DNA of 62,171 nt, filler included, from Stramenopiles sp. TOSAG23-2 (taxonomy: Eukaryota): NCBI GenBank assembly GCA_900128395.1. It is 3 parts of 3 records of this genome, joined end to end, with 100 filler letters (N's around TTAATTAATTAA, not from the genome) between each part and the next. Parts side by side here need not be neighbours in the genome. Positions count along the whole stretch, not along the records: positions 20,801 to 41,446 come from LT649553.1; positions 41,547 to 62,171 come from LT649554.1; 1 more part is not named here. The stretch is one strand, 5' to 3'. Numbering within the stretch: position 1 is the stretch's first letter; each line of letters starts with the position of its first letter. The notes under the pieces are model-generated. The model worked only from the letters and a program-made list of their open reading frames with translations. It had not been told where the DNA came from and ran no database searches. Positions 33,187-44,244 of this stretch are shown one piece after another. The position numbers and the translations under genes are program-made.

Positions 33187-33721
33187 ATTGTTTTCTGTTA
33201 CAATTTATTGGTTTCTTTGTATTCTGTTTTTATCCGAACAATATGTATACCAAGTTCTGTATATTGGAATATATGTCTATATTAATATCTATCCTTAGTA
33301 GTAATATATATATATAATATATACATATCTATTTTATATTTATACTACTACGGTACTGCACAGTATAATAGCGTGGATAATATGTACATAGCACCATAAT
33401 AGACGATTATTTGAGAAAGATATTTTTATATTAGCAGGTAGCTAGCATTGCGATTTTAATCCTCATAATCTTCTTAGGTAATATAATACTTGTAGAGAAT
33501 ATCTTCTTTATCTTGATTCCACAAAAAAGCAGGTTGCAAAAAGGAGAAAAAAATATTTAATAAAAAATTAATACAAAATACACAATAAAAAGTTGTGGAG
33601 TTGCTCTCATCATTTCATCTCATATATCATAATCAGTATTAAAATAAAATTTCATTAAACATATTAATATTTTCAAAGAACACACACTTCACTCTCTTGT
33701 GCCACTGTATTTATCATTCTC

Positions 33722-36700
33722 TCATAGTTCATCATTATAATGTTCCCGTAACGTTTTCGTTTGCAAAAATGGTTCATTATTTTCCTCGCCTAATTTATGT
33801 TGTTCAATTGAATCTGCTAATAATTGCGCAACTTGTATATTTGTCAAAAGTGGCACGCCATAATCAACAGCTAATCGTCTAATATCATAATTCGTTTCAA
33901 CTCTTTGTGAAAATGTATTTGCAAACATTAAAACTAAATCAATTTTACCATTGCGTAAAAATTTTGCAATATCTTTATCACTATCACTTCCAGGCCAAAA
34001 TAATTCAGTCACTGTTATGCCTTTACTTTCTAAATAACGCGCAGTTTGCTCAGTGGCAAATATTTCAAATCCTAATGATTGAAATTTATTTACAGATGGT
34101 AAAAAATCTTCTCGCAATTTTTCTTGCATCGAGACCAAGACAGATTTTTTTGGCATTGGAAATGTTGTTGCCAACATGGATTTCAAAAATGCTTCTTCGG
34201 CAGATGCACCATAACATGCAACTTCACCAGTTGATGACATTTCAACACCTAACGTTGGATCAGCGCCTAATAAACGTTTGAAAGAGAACATTGGTGATTT
34301 GCAACCTACGTAAGTCTTTGGAAATAATGGGTATTCCCTATCGTAATCCTCATATAATTTCACACCCTCAGGTAAATGTTTCACTTCCTCTGCATCGACC
34401 ATTGCCCTAGTAGCAATTTCAATGAAGTCAACACCAGTCGTTTTAGAGCTAAATGGAAAGGATCGTGATGCTCTTACATTAGTTTCAATGATCTTTATTT
34501 CCCCATCTTTAGCAATTAACTGCATATTGTATGGCCCGGTAATATTCAGTGCTTTTGCCACCTTTCGCACAGTATCACGTACTAATTTTAATTCATCCTC
34601 AGGAATAGTTTGTGTTGGTAAAATTAATGTAGCATCCCCACTATGTATACCTGCGTTTTCAACATGTTCACAAATTGCATGTGCTACTACTTGTCCATCT
34701 TTAGCTACTGCATCTACATCAATTTCCCGCCCACCTTCAATAAATTTGGTGATAACAACAGGTTTATCAGCACTTACTTCCTCTGCTTGTTGTAAATTTA
34801 CTGCTAATTCACCTGCATTATATGCAACATTCATCGCTGCACCGCTAAGTACGTACGATGGTCGTACTAAGACTGGGTAACCAACTTTCTCTGCGAAATT
34901 AAATGCCTCTTCAACGGATGTCATATCAGCCCATTCTGGCTGATCAATACCATTGCGATCACACATATCTGAAAATTTCTTACGATCTTCTGCATTATCT
35001 ATCATAGCAGGTGATGTACCTAAAATTTTCACACCTGCATCATGCAATGGATTTGCTAATCCATTAGGGATTTGCCCTCCAACTGATACAATGGCACTTT
35101 CACATTGCTCGCGTTCATAGATATCCAATACACGTTCTTTACTTAATTCTTCAAAATATAAACGATCGCACTCATCATAATCAGTTGATACGGTTTCTGG
35201 GTTGCAATTAACGACAACTGTATTTTTTCCAACTGCTCTTAATGTTCGAATTGCACTAACACTACACCAATCAAATTCAACACTACTTCCAATACGATAG
35301 GTACCACTACCTAAAACCATTGTGCCGCTATCTGGTTCTAAATCATGTTCGGAGCCATTGTATGTCATATATAAATAATTTGTTGCAGCTGGGTATTCCG
35401 CCGCTTGCGTATCAATTTGTTTCACAACTGGTACTATGCCAAATTCGTTAATTCTTACATTACGTACATCATCTTCGTTTGAATCACATTTCAATCGTTC
35501 CGCTATTTGATGATCTGAAAATCCTTGCTCCTTTGCTTTACGCATATCACTTGCTTTTAACCCGTTTAAAAGCTCAGCGCTTTCAATGCGTTTTCCAGTT
35601 TCTACGATGTTCTCCAATCGGTGTAAATACCATGGATCAATATCAGTTAAATCATAAATGCGCTGTACGGACCATCCTAACCTGAAAGCATGGGCTATCG
35701 CATGTATTCTAGTATCAGATGGTTGTATTAAGCGTTCCTCAAATTCTGCAATAGTTATGTCATCTGTTGGTGCATTCCCGACTTTTATATCTTCATATCC
35801 ATGATCCTCGAAACCATGTACGCTTCCATCTACCATCCTCAATGCTTTTTGCAATGATTCTTCGAAATTTCTACCCACAGCCATAACCTCACCAATAGCT
35901 TTCATGGCACTGCCAATATGTCTCGATACACGATCAAATTTAACGAGATCCCATCGTGGAACTTTACAAACTACATAATCTAAACTAGGCTCAAAACATG
36001 CAGTTGTAGTCCCTGTTACACTGTTTCTCAAATCTGGCAATTCATGGCCAAGCGCTAATTTTGCGGCTACAAATGCTAATGGATATCCAGTTGCTTTGGA
36101 CGCCAATGCAGAACTACGGGATAATCGGGGATTAATTTCAATAATACAATATTCTTGCGATGTTGGATGCAATGCATATTGTATATTACATTCACCTACG
36201 ATGCCCATATGCCTAACGGTTTTCAATGCAGTTTCTCTCAACATATGATATTCATCATTTGATAATGTTTGTGATGGGGCAACGACTATCGAATCTCCCG
36301 TATGCACTCCAAGTGGATCAAAATTTTCCATGTTACAAACTGTTATACAATTATCAGCAACATCTCTGACTACTTCATATTCTACTTCTTTCCAACCAAG
36401 CATACTTTTTTCAACTAAAATTTGTGGAGACGTAGATAACGCTTTTGATGCCATATCACGCATATCATCTGGATCTTTGCATATACCAGAACCAAGACCA
36501 CCTAATGCATATGCAGAACGTATCATGCATGGATATCCAATATCTTCAGCAGCTATTAATGCATCTTCCACTTTTTTTACTGCTACACTAGGTGCCATTT
36601 TCTCGCCAATTTCGTTCAACTTTGCACTGAAACGGTCACGATCCTCCGTGTCCATAATAGATTCCACCTGCGTTCCTAAAACACGTATATCGTGTTTTGC

Positions 36701-38389
36701 CAAAATACCAGACTCATGCAATTCAACACCACAATTTAATGCAGTTTGTCCACCCATAGATAGAATTAAACCATCCACATTTTCTTTTTTTATTACTTCT
36801 TCTACATACTCAGGTGTTATGGGCATGAAATATACAGTATCCGCTTGTTGCGCACCTTCTAAATTTGTTTGTACACTGGCAATATTTGGATTCATTAAAA
36901 CTACTTCAACACCTTCTTCCTTTAATGCTTTGATTGCTTGTGATCCACTGTAATCAAACTCCCCAGCCTGTCCTATACTTAACCCACCAGAGCCCAACAT
37001 TAAAACTTTTTTTGGTTTCTCCGGCTTTGCAACGCGCATATCACTCAATTTTTGAAAGTATGCTCCAACCGTACCAAAATCTGTTTTTTCCCGTGCCATT
37101 CTAACAAATAGATCAAAAAAATGCTCCGTATCCGTTGGCCCACCTCTCGATTCGGGGTGAAACTGTGCAGAAAAAAAAGGTTTTTCTAGATGATATATAC
37201 CCTCGTTCGTATCATCATTGCGATTTACAAATAATGGAGCCCAACCTTCTGGCAATTTCTCAGCGTCTAATGCATAACCATGATTCTGTGGTGTAATTGT
37301 ACATGCACCTGTCAATAAATTCAATACAGGGACATTTTGTCCACGATTTCCAAATGGCATTTTATACGTTTGTGCACCAGCTGCCGTTCCTAACAATTGG
37401 TTTCCCATGCATATGCCAAAAATTGGATTTAATGGATTCACACCAACTTCATCAACGACAATTTTACGCACATATTCCATCGTCTCACTTGCCATTTTTG
37501 GGTCACCGGGACCATTCGATAGAAACAAACCATCATATGGTTCTTTCGTAATGTCATGGTTCCATGGTACTAATTTGACTTCGCAATCTCTTTCGCATAG
37601 ATGCCGTATCATGTTGTTTTTTATACCACAATCCACTGCTAATATTTTCACTGAATTACCTTTCCCGTACACTTTTACCTCCGTATTGCTTACTTCCGCA
37701 ATTAAATTGCGTTTATTTGGATTATCAAAAATTAAATTACTATCACTACTTATATTGCCATCTTCTGGAACCATATGTTGAGGTTCAAATGAAATTCGGG
37801 CTAACATAGCGCCACGATCCCGAATCCGCTTTGTCAACGCTCTCGTATCGATTCCATATATTCCAGGAACTTTCTGCTCGATTAACCATTGCGATAATGA
37901 TTTTTTGCTATTCCAATGACTTTCTGCGTGTGTATAATCTTGTGCCAAAAATGCGCTAGCCCATATTTTTCCACTTTCCATATATGTTGGTATACCCCAC
38001 TTGTCCACCACATGTTCATCTGGGACACCGTAATTACCCACTAATGGAAATGTGCTAATTAAAAATTGTCCTTGGTAACTTGGATCCGTCAATGATTCCG
38101 TGTATCCAACCATTCCCGTATTAAATACAATTTCGCCGTCAATGTTACCTTCATATCCAAACGATGTCCCAAACCATTTTGATCCATCTTCCAAAATTAA
38201 AGTAACACTACGTCCGCCATTTGGACTACGCGTAGCAGGATCGACATCCACTGCTGTTAAAGGACCTTTTCTACCGGATACATTGGTTGAAAAATTATAG
38301 GTTCTACTTCCATTTTGTGGAAGGAAGGTTTTTTTACCTTGCAATAGCCTTTTTTGTAGCTGTATTGATTTCGTAGATTGTCGTATCAT
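33722..38389 (-). CDS. CPS1: Carbamoyl-phosphate synthetase, fused small+large subunit, mitochondrial arginine/urea-cycle (CPS III-like) type
   Basis: Presequence-like N-terminus; GEIVFNTGMVGY, LSNGPGDP, GICMGNQ (catalytic Cys retained), QFHPE; LGSGGLSIGQAGEFDYSG; two ATP-grasp halves; C-terminal MGS-like domain; no DHOase/ATCase domains. Confidence 0.95.
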   Translation of the reverse strand: MIRQSTKSIQLQKRLLQGKKTFLPQNGSRTYNFSTNVSGRKGPLTAVDVDPATRSPNGGRSVTLILEDGSKWFGTSFGYEGNIDGEIVFNTGMVGYTESLTDPSYQGQFLISTFPLVGNYGVPDEHVVDKWGIPTYMESGKIWASAFLAQDYTHAESHWNSKKSLSQWLIEQKVPGIYGIDTRALTKRIRDRGAMLARISFEPQHMVPEDGNISSDSNLIFDNPNKRNLIAEVSNTEVKVYGKGNSVKILAVDCGIKNNMIRHLCERDCEVKLVPWNHDITKEPYDGLFLSNGPGDPKMASETMEYVRKIVVDEVGVNPLNPIFGICMGNQLLGTAAGAQTYKMPFGNRGQNVPVLNLLTGACTITPQNHGYALDAEKLPEGWAPLFVNRNDDTNEGIYHLEKPFFSAQFHPESRGGPTDTEHFFDLFVRMAREKTDFGTVGAYFQKLSDMRVAKPEKPKKVLMLGSGGLSIGQAGEFDYSGSQAIKALKEEGVEVVLMNPNIASVQTNLEGAQQADTVYFMPITPEYVEEVIKKENVDGLILSMGGQTALNCGVELHESGILAKHDIRVLGTQVESIMDTEDRDRFSAKLNEIGEKMAPSVAVKKVEDALIAAEDIGYPCMIRSAYALGGLGSGICKDPDDMRDMASKALSTSPQILVEKSMLGWKEVEYEVVRDVADNCITVCNMENFDPLGVHTGDSIVVAPSQTLSNDEYHMLRETALKTVRHMGIVGECNIQYALHPTSQEYCIIEINPRLSRSSALASKATGYPLAFVAAKLALGHELPDLRNSVTGTTTACFEPSLDYVVCKVPRWDLVKFDRVSRHIGSAMKAIGEVMAVGRNFEESLQKALRMVDGSVHGFEDHGYEDIKVGNAPTDDITIAEFEERLIQPSDTRIHAIAHAFRLGWSVQRIYDLTDIDPWYLHRLENIVETGKRIESAELLNGLKASDMRKAKEQGFSDHQIAERLKCDSNEDDVRNVRINEFGIVPVVKQIDTQAAEYPAATNYLYMTYNGSEHDLEPDSGTMVLGSGTYRIGSSVEFDWCSVSAIRTLRAVGKNTVVVNCNPETVSTDYDECDRLYFEELSKERVLDIYEREQCESAIVSVGGQIPNGLANPLHDAGVKILGTSPAMIDNAEDRKKFSDMCDRNGIDQPEWADMTSVEEAFNFAEKVGYPVLVRPSYVLSGAAMNVAYNAGELAVNLQQAEEVSADKPVVITKFIEGGREIDVDAVAKDGQVVAHAICEHVENAGIHSGDATLILPTQTIPEDELKLVRDTVRKVAKALNITGPYNMQLIAKDGEIKIIETNVRASRSFPFSSKTTGVDFIEIATRAMVDAEEVKHLPEGVKLYEDYDREYPLFPKTYVGCKSPMFSFKRLLGADPTLGVEMSSTGEVACYGASAEEAFLKSMLATTFPMPKKSVLVSMQEKLREDFLPSVNKFQSLGFEIFATEQTARYLESKGITVTELFWPGSDSDKDIAKFLRNGKIDLVLMFANTFSQRVETNYDIRRLAVDYGVPLLTNIQVAQLLADSIEQHKLGEENNEPFLQTKTLREHYNDEL

Positions 38390-38552
38390 ATTTTTATCTT
38401 AGATCAATTCAAAACAATATAAATATATATAATTAAATATATGTATACGTATAATATGTTAATTAATAATATTATAATCTTTACCAAAATGAAAATGAAA
38501 GCACAAATAACCGTCTGGTTTTGTCTTGTCGATGATGGTATACGTTAAGTTT

Positions 38553-38576
38553 CTATCTCCACCGTCTCCCCGTCAT
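38553..38576 (-). promoter_or_regulatory. Candidate Arg-rich upstream ORF (MTGRRWR*) of CPS
   Basis: ATG ACG GGG AGA CGG TGG AGA TAG; the only ATG within ~250 nt upstream of the CPS start. Confidence 0.35.
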
Positions 38577-39603
38577 GTAATTTTTTATCTCTAGACGATT
38601 ACACAAATGTATATATAAATCTATCTATCTATTTTTTTTATATTACCAGGTCATAAAGATGAGAGGATGAAAAGTAGTTGCAAAAGTGAAAAGGAGGAGG
38701 AGGAGGAGAGACGGGAGGTTAAATATTGTTTTGTTGATCCATCTAGTGTGCTCTAGGCTGATGCTATTATATTCGCCTGTTATTATGATCGGGAAAATGC
38801 CTTTTCACATTGATGCGTCATTTTGAAATATAAAATTCATGTTGTACGACACAACATTTTAAAAAAATATTGTAAGCAAATATTCACCCCTATTCGTAAA
38901 TATATACTTCTACAACAACATATATAGACATCGATGTTAAACAATTAATTCCAATTTGCAAAACATATAGTGAAAACAATTACAGTTTTAGCAATACAGT
39001 ATCTTTACATAGTATTTATTAATTTAAAATTCTTTCCTATTTAAATAACATTTTCTTGTATATATACAGTAATATTTGTATCAAGTGATAGAGTTTTTTA
39101 TTTGAATTACATTTGATGTGAAAGATTTGATAATGTGTGAGTTATTTTTTTCCATCGTGCAGATTGACGGCATGAGTGTTACTATATTTTGTCATGTGTT
39201 GTAGAGTTAGACTCAGGAATATCCTTTTCTTTGCCCCCAAAAAATAACTTGTCTTTCATTTCCCTTTCGTCAATTGTGAAAAAGGATGACGTTTTCTGAC
39301 ATACATAATCCATGCTATCTCCATGCTATACTACTCTCTAGTAAATCAATCATCATCAAAAACACAACAATATCTTTTATTCCTTTTTCATCAAAATGAT
39401 ATATTTTAAATATTGATGCAATTGGGGGAGATAGATTGTTATATTACGACAGTTTGAACATATATTTGTGTATAAACGTATTGGTAAGATTGAAGTAAAT
39501 ATTATTATAAGATATTGTGAGCGAAAATAGCACAGAGTTGGTGTAGGATATTGAATATAATTTTGTAGGGTCATTTATTTGTGTTATAGTGAATTAAATA
39601 ATC

Positions 39604-41446
39604 ATGGCTATGTATGCGACGACGAAAGTGGCAAAAATGAATATATTAAATCCAACATCAGCATCAATAATAAAAAGAAGGTTGTTTTCTTCATCTATTC
39701 CTATAAATGGTAATGTATTTTTATCACGTAATTTTTATAACAATAATATGCGACGATTAAGAGCAACAAAACTATTACCAACATCACAAAAATTAGTACA
39801 GAACCGTCAGTTTACTCTTAAGCGGCAAAACTCATATTCATATCAAGAAGAATTATCTGGTGATTTAAAAATGGTATTATCATCCATTGGTAGTACGAAA
39901 GAGGTACAGTATTGGCTTAAGCATTACGGCAATAGTGGAAAAAAAGAAATTGCTGTTATTAAAATTGGTGGTGCTATTTTGCGGGATGAAGAATTATTAA
40001 ATACGCTTATTAATTCGGTATCATTTTTGCAGAAAGCCGGTTTATCGCCTGTTATCATACATGGTGCTGGGCCTCAACTGATCGATGCTTTAAAAGAGAA
40101 AGACATTGTTTCTGATTACGTAGAAGGTCTAAGGGTGACTACTCCAGAAATATTGAAAACTGCACGTAGAGTTTTTCTAGACGCCAATCGTACTCTATGT
40201 CGCGCACTAGAAGGCGGTGGCGCAGAAGCATCTCCAATTGATGCAAGTGTTTTTGAAGCTGAATTGTTGGATTTTGATAATTTAGGTTATGTTGGGCAAG
40301 TTGTAAAAGTGCATAGTCAATGGGTCATGGATGCTGTAAATAATGGGAAAGTTCCGGTGGTGCCGCCATTAGGCGAAAGCACGTTAGGGCAAACATTAAA
40401 CATCAATGCTGATATAGCAGCAGTTGAATTGGCGAAATCTATCCAACCAAATAAAGTAATCTACATCAATGATATGGGTGGATTATTGAATGGCGAAGAT
40501 AAATTAATACCTAATATTAATTATCCATCTGATTATGAATGGTTGTTGAAACAGCCTTGGTTGCGACATGGCACAAAATTGAAAGTGAAAGAGATTGGAA
40601 ATTTACTGGATCATTTGCCAATCACCTCATCAGTCTCAGTCACTTCACCACAATTATTAATGAAAGAATTGTTTACACATGGTGGTGCTGGCACCTTATG
40701 TAGAAAAGAAACCAGGGTAAATCGATACAATTCAATAGATGATCCTAGAATTGATTACGATAAGCTGGTCGAGATTATGCGCATTGCTTTTGACGGCCAA
40801 ATGCCATCTAAAGCATATTTGGAGCGTTTAAAGAAAGTTACTAAACGAGTGTATGTATGCGCACATTATACTGGGTTTATTTTACTAACAGATGAACCTG
40901 GGTGTGACGTACCTTACATGGATAAATTTGTCGTCTCCAAACTAGCGCAAGGTATCGGTACTGGAAAAGCATTGTGGTTGGAAGTATTGGAAGATTGCAA
41001 TAAGTTGTTTTGGCGTAGTAGACGCTCAAATCAAATTAACCATTGGTACCATACTGTTTCCCATGGACATTTTCGTAGACATGGGGAGAAAGATTGGGTA
41101 GTCTTTTACCGCGGTTTGCATCCAGGAAAAGATACAGCTGAACTAAACACATGCATTGATATAGCATCAAATTTAGAATCTAGCTGGGCAGATAAAGACG
41201 AGAATATAGCAACACATAACGCCAATATTAGCAACAACAACGATACCAATAGTAACAACACTGGCAACCAAGCCTCTGCGCGACGAAATTTTTCTTCCTC
41301 TTCCGCCGCCACACCTTTAAAAGTTGGATTACTTGGTGCTAGAGGTTATGTAGGTGTTGAATTACTCCGTTTAGTTGCGGATCATCCTGGGTTTTCATTG
41401 ACTCATGCAAGTAGTCGCTCTTTAATAGGTGAAAACGTAGGTACAA
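39604..41446 (+). CDS. ARG5,6: ARG5,6-type polyprotein: acetylglutamate kinase + DUF619/GNAT-like domain + start of N-acetyl-gamma-glutamyl-phosphate reductase (truncated by contig end)
   Basis: AVIKIGGA, IIHGAGPQL, GLRVTTPE, GQTLNINADIAA, ELFTHGGAGTL; YMDKFVVSKLAQGIGTG...LFWRSR...WY; then KVGLLGARGYVGVELLRLVADHP (ArgC Rossmann start). Confidence 0.9.
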
Positions 41447-41546
41447 NNNNNNNNNNNNNNNNNNNNNNNNNNNNNNNNNNNNNNNNNNNNTTAATTAATT
41501 AANNNNNNNNNNNNNNNNNNNNNNNNNNNNNNNNNNNNNNNNNNNN
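41447..41546. other. Artificial contig linker (N44-TTAATTAATTAA-N44)
   Basis: Identical to the first linker; truncates the ARG5,6 ORF. Confidence 0.97.
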
Positions 41547-41965
41547 TTTTTTTTTTAGTTGCGTGTTTGAAGGAAGTTGATAGGTGTGTTTTATCGTATA
41601 CTAATATTTTATATACTGTGTATATGTTAAATGGAGATATAGGTTATACTTAGATCAATGCATTCCCATAGAAATTGTTGTCCGAATATATGTTTTTATA
41701 TATATATATATATATATATATTGGTATTTTAAATTTAATACTGTGTAGTGTTATTGATGGAGATATAGGTTATACTTAGATCAATGCATTCCCATAGAAA
41801 TTGTTGTCCGATTGACCTGTTTTTTTCGTTTTTGTTTGTTAAAACTATTTTCTATCGTGTGTCCATGCTAATCGGTGTTTAAAATTTCATCCTTTTCGTC
41901 CCCCACTTTTTTAATTTTTTATTTTTTTTCCTTTTTTCCTGTTTCCTCGAAATGGTTAAGTGCGA

Positions 41966-42556
41966 TTATTAGTATACATATATGATAGGAGGAGGAGGTA
42001 AATCGATACACTATAGGAAAATGGGTCTTACTATTTTCAGTAGCATCACATAGCATTACATAGCATTACACATCGTATTATATAGATAATCAGTAGTAAT
42101 TAGTATACATAAAGTACAAGTGACCATTTGACCGATATACAAGGTACATAGCGTTGTATTCCCATGTATGTTGTATCCACCCGATATGAAGTACACTTAT
42201 TAGTATACATATATGATACTGGGGGATATACAGGTACATAGCATGGCTAGCGTTGTATACCCGATTTGAAGTACATTTATTAGTATACCAATATGATAGG
42301 AGGAATACGTGGTGGATACAAGGTACATAGCATGGTAGATAGTATTCCCATCTATGTTGTATGTTAATGTTGTATCCACCCGATATGAAGTACATTTATT
42401 AGTATACGAATATGATAGGGGAGGATATACAGGTACATAGCACACGAAATAATTTGTTTACAATTTTACTATTTTAACTACACTTATTAGTCTACACATA
42501 TGCTAGGGGTGGATATACAGGTACATAGCATACGAAATAATTTGTTTACAATTTTA
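41966..42556. repeat. Degenerate minisatellite (~80-130 bp units, ~6 copies)
   Basis: Recurring blocks ttattagtatac..atatgatagg, gatatacaggtacatagca and cccgatatgaagtaca. Confidence 0.85.
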
Positions 42557-42560
42557 CGAT

Positions 42561-42699
42561 TTTACCATTTTACTCTACGGAATACAACCCGTTCAAGTAT
42601 ATAAAAACACGTATTTGATAGGTAAACTCATTCCATTTACCATTTTACTCTACGGAATACAACCCGTTCAAGTATATAAAAACACGTATTTGATAGGTA
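42561..42699. repeat. 64-bp direct repeat pair (42561-42624, 42636-42699)
   Basis: tttaccattttactctacggaatacaacccgttcaagtatataaaaacacgtatttgataggta occurs twice. Confidence 0.9.
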
Positions 42700-43130
42700 C
42701 AAGTCCCTGCGAACCAGTGAATTAGTAATTTTTTGACTTTTTCATCCACGCCGAACATATCGGTGTTATTGCATCTACAATAACACTACACAGTATTAAA
42801 TTTAAAATACCAATATATATATATATATATATATATAAAAACATATATTCGGACAACAATTTCTATGGGAATGCATTGATCTAAGTATAACCTATATCTC
42901 CATTTAACATATACACAGTATATAAAATATTAGTATACGATAAAACACACCTATCAACTTCCTTCAAACACGCAACTAAAAAAAAAATAAATATATATGG
43001 AATAATAAAAAAAATCAGAACCACGAAAGGACATAGATGGAAACAATTGTTTGAAACAGAATATAAACACATAACAATACAACAACAACCAAAGAAAAAA
43101 AAGAAAAGAAAAAAAAAACAGAAAGACAAG

Positions 43131-43385
43131 ATGCAAAATGATCAAGGCCAAATCATGGATTTATATATCCCAAGAAAATGTTCATGGACTAATAAAATTT
43201 TAGCTTCAAATGACTATGGTAGTGTTCAATTTAATGTTGGACATGTTGATCCTAAAACTGGTATTTACACTGGCACCTTTACGCCAATCTGTCTATCCGG
43301 TAAAGTACGTAAAAATGGTGAAGCAGACTTAGCTGTAAATGAACTTGTTGCTAAAATGCCAAATAAATGGCCATTAGCACAATAA
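43131..43385 (+). CDS. RPS21: 40S ribosomal protein S21 (eS21)
   Basis: MQNDQGQIMDLYIPRKCSWTNKI...DYGSVQFNVGHVD...G.YTG...LSGKVR.NGEAD. Confidence 0.96.
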   Translation: MQNDQGQIMDLYIPRKCSWTNKILASNDYGSVQFNVGHVDPKTGIYTGTFTPICLSGKVRKNGEADLAVNELVAKMPNKWPLAQ

Positions 43386-44244
43386 TTTTACATAATATAC
43401 TATAGGTTTAGCAACATTTATAATTAATAAATATATATATGTATTTTTTTTTTAGAAGAAGATTATGGAAAAAAATAAAGAAAAAAAAAAAGTTTAAAAA
43501 AAGCAACTCAATTAGTCTGATTATAGTAATTGTATATATCGCGCGTATATGATTAGTCATATGTTAGATAAAGGTAAATGTAGTCATACTTATCATGATT
43601 CATATATATAAAGACGACAATCGTGCAAATTGTTTAGAACAATATGCATACATTATACGATATAATGGTATGTGTATTAAAAACACTTTTGTCCTTCTTC
43701 GTTATATATACTACACACACAAACATATAATAATGGACTCTAGTACATACAAGTATAATAAATCAAAACAATAGATTATTTGTTGCGTATTTATTATCCC
43801 ATGGTACAATATTCCAAATATGTTTGTATAAATATAATGATATATTGAGAAATAGTTTCAAGATTGTGAGGAGAATTTTTATATAATACGAAGGGGGAGA
43901 AAGCGTAGTAATTACTTTTTCGTATATTTTGTCCAGAGTAAACAAATTTTTAATTTTTATACCGGAGAGCGATAAAAAAGAAGAAAAATAATATATATTA
44001 TATATATATTATAATATTATTATAATTATAAATATGTTTATATATATATATATATACACACTAGTATTTTATTATTTGGCTACATCATTCTATCTTAGAC
44101 ACATCACAGACACCCCATTTTATATACGCGTATCATAGTATATTATATGATACGTATGATACGTTCGTATGATATATATGTTATTACGTATGTATCATAC
44201 TTCGTACGTTCGTACGACGTATTTTTTACGAAAAAACGTATTCT

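Larger units (their letters stand above)
41547..42987. repeat. 210-bp inverted repeat (41547-41756 vs 42778-42987) flanking a repeat-rich spacer
   Basis: The arms are reverse complements including the (TA)n tract; 41631-41685 is additionally repeated directly at 41757-41811. Confidence 0.9.

Noticed and set aside
41447-41502. Apparent C-terminus 'XXXLIN*' of the ARG5,6 ORF
   Set aside because: Derived from the artificial linker; the gene is truncated by the contig end, not pseudogenised
41858-41875. GATTAGCATGG (minus strand) matching part of U6 snRNA
   Set aside because: Only 11 nt match; no adjacent ACAGAGA box or downstream U6 sequence
41966-42556. Possible CRISPR-like array
   Set aside because: Units are degenerate and the intervening segments are related to each other; this is a minisatellite. 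ORFs 42090-42395 and 42200-42445 are by-products.
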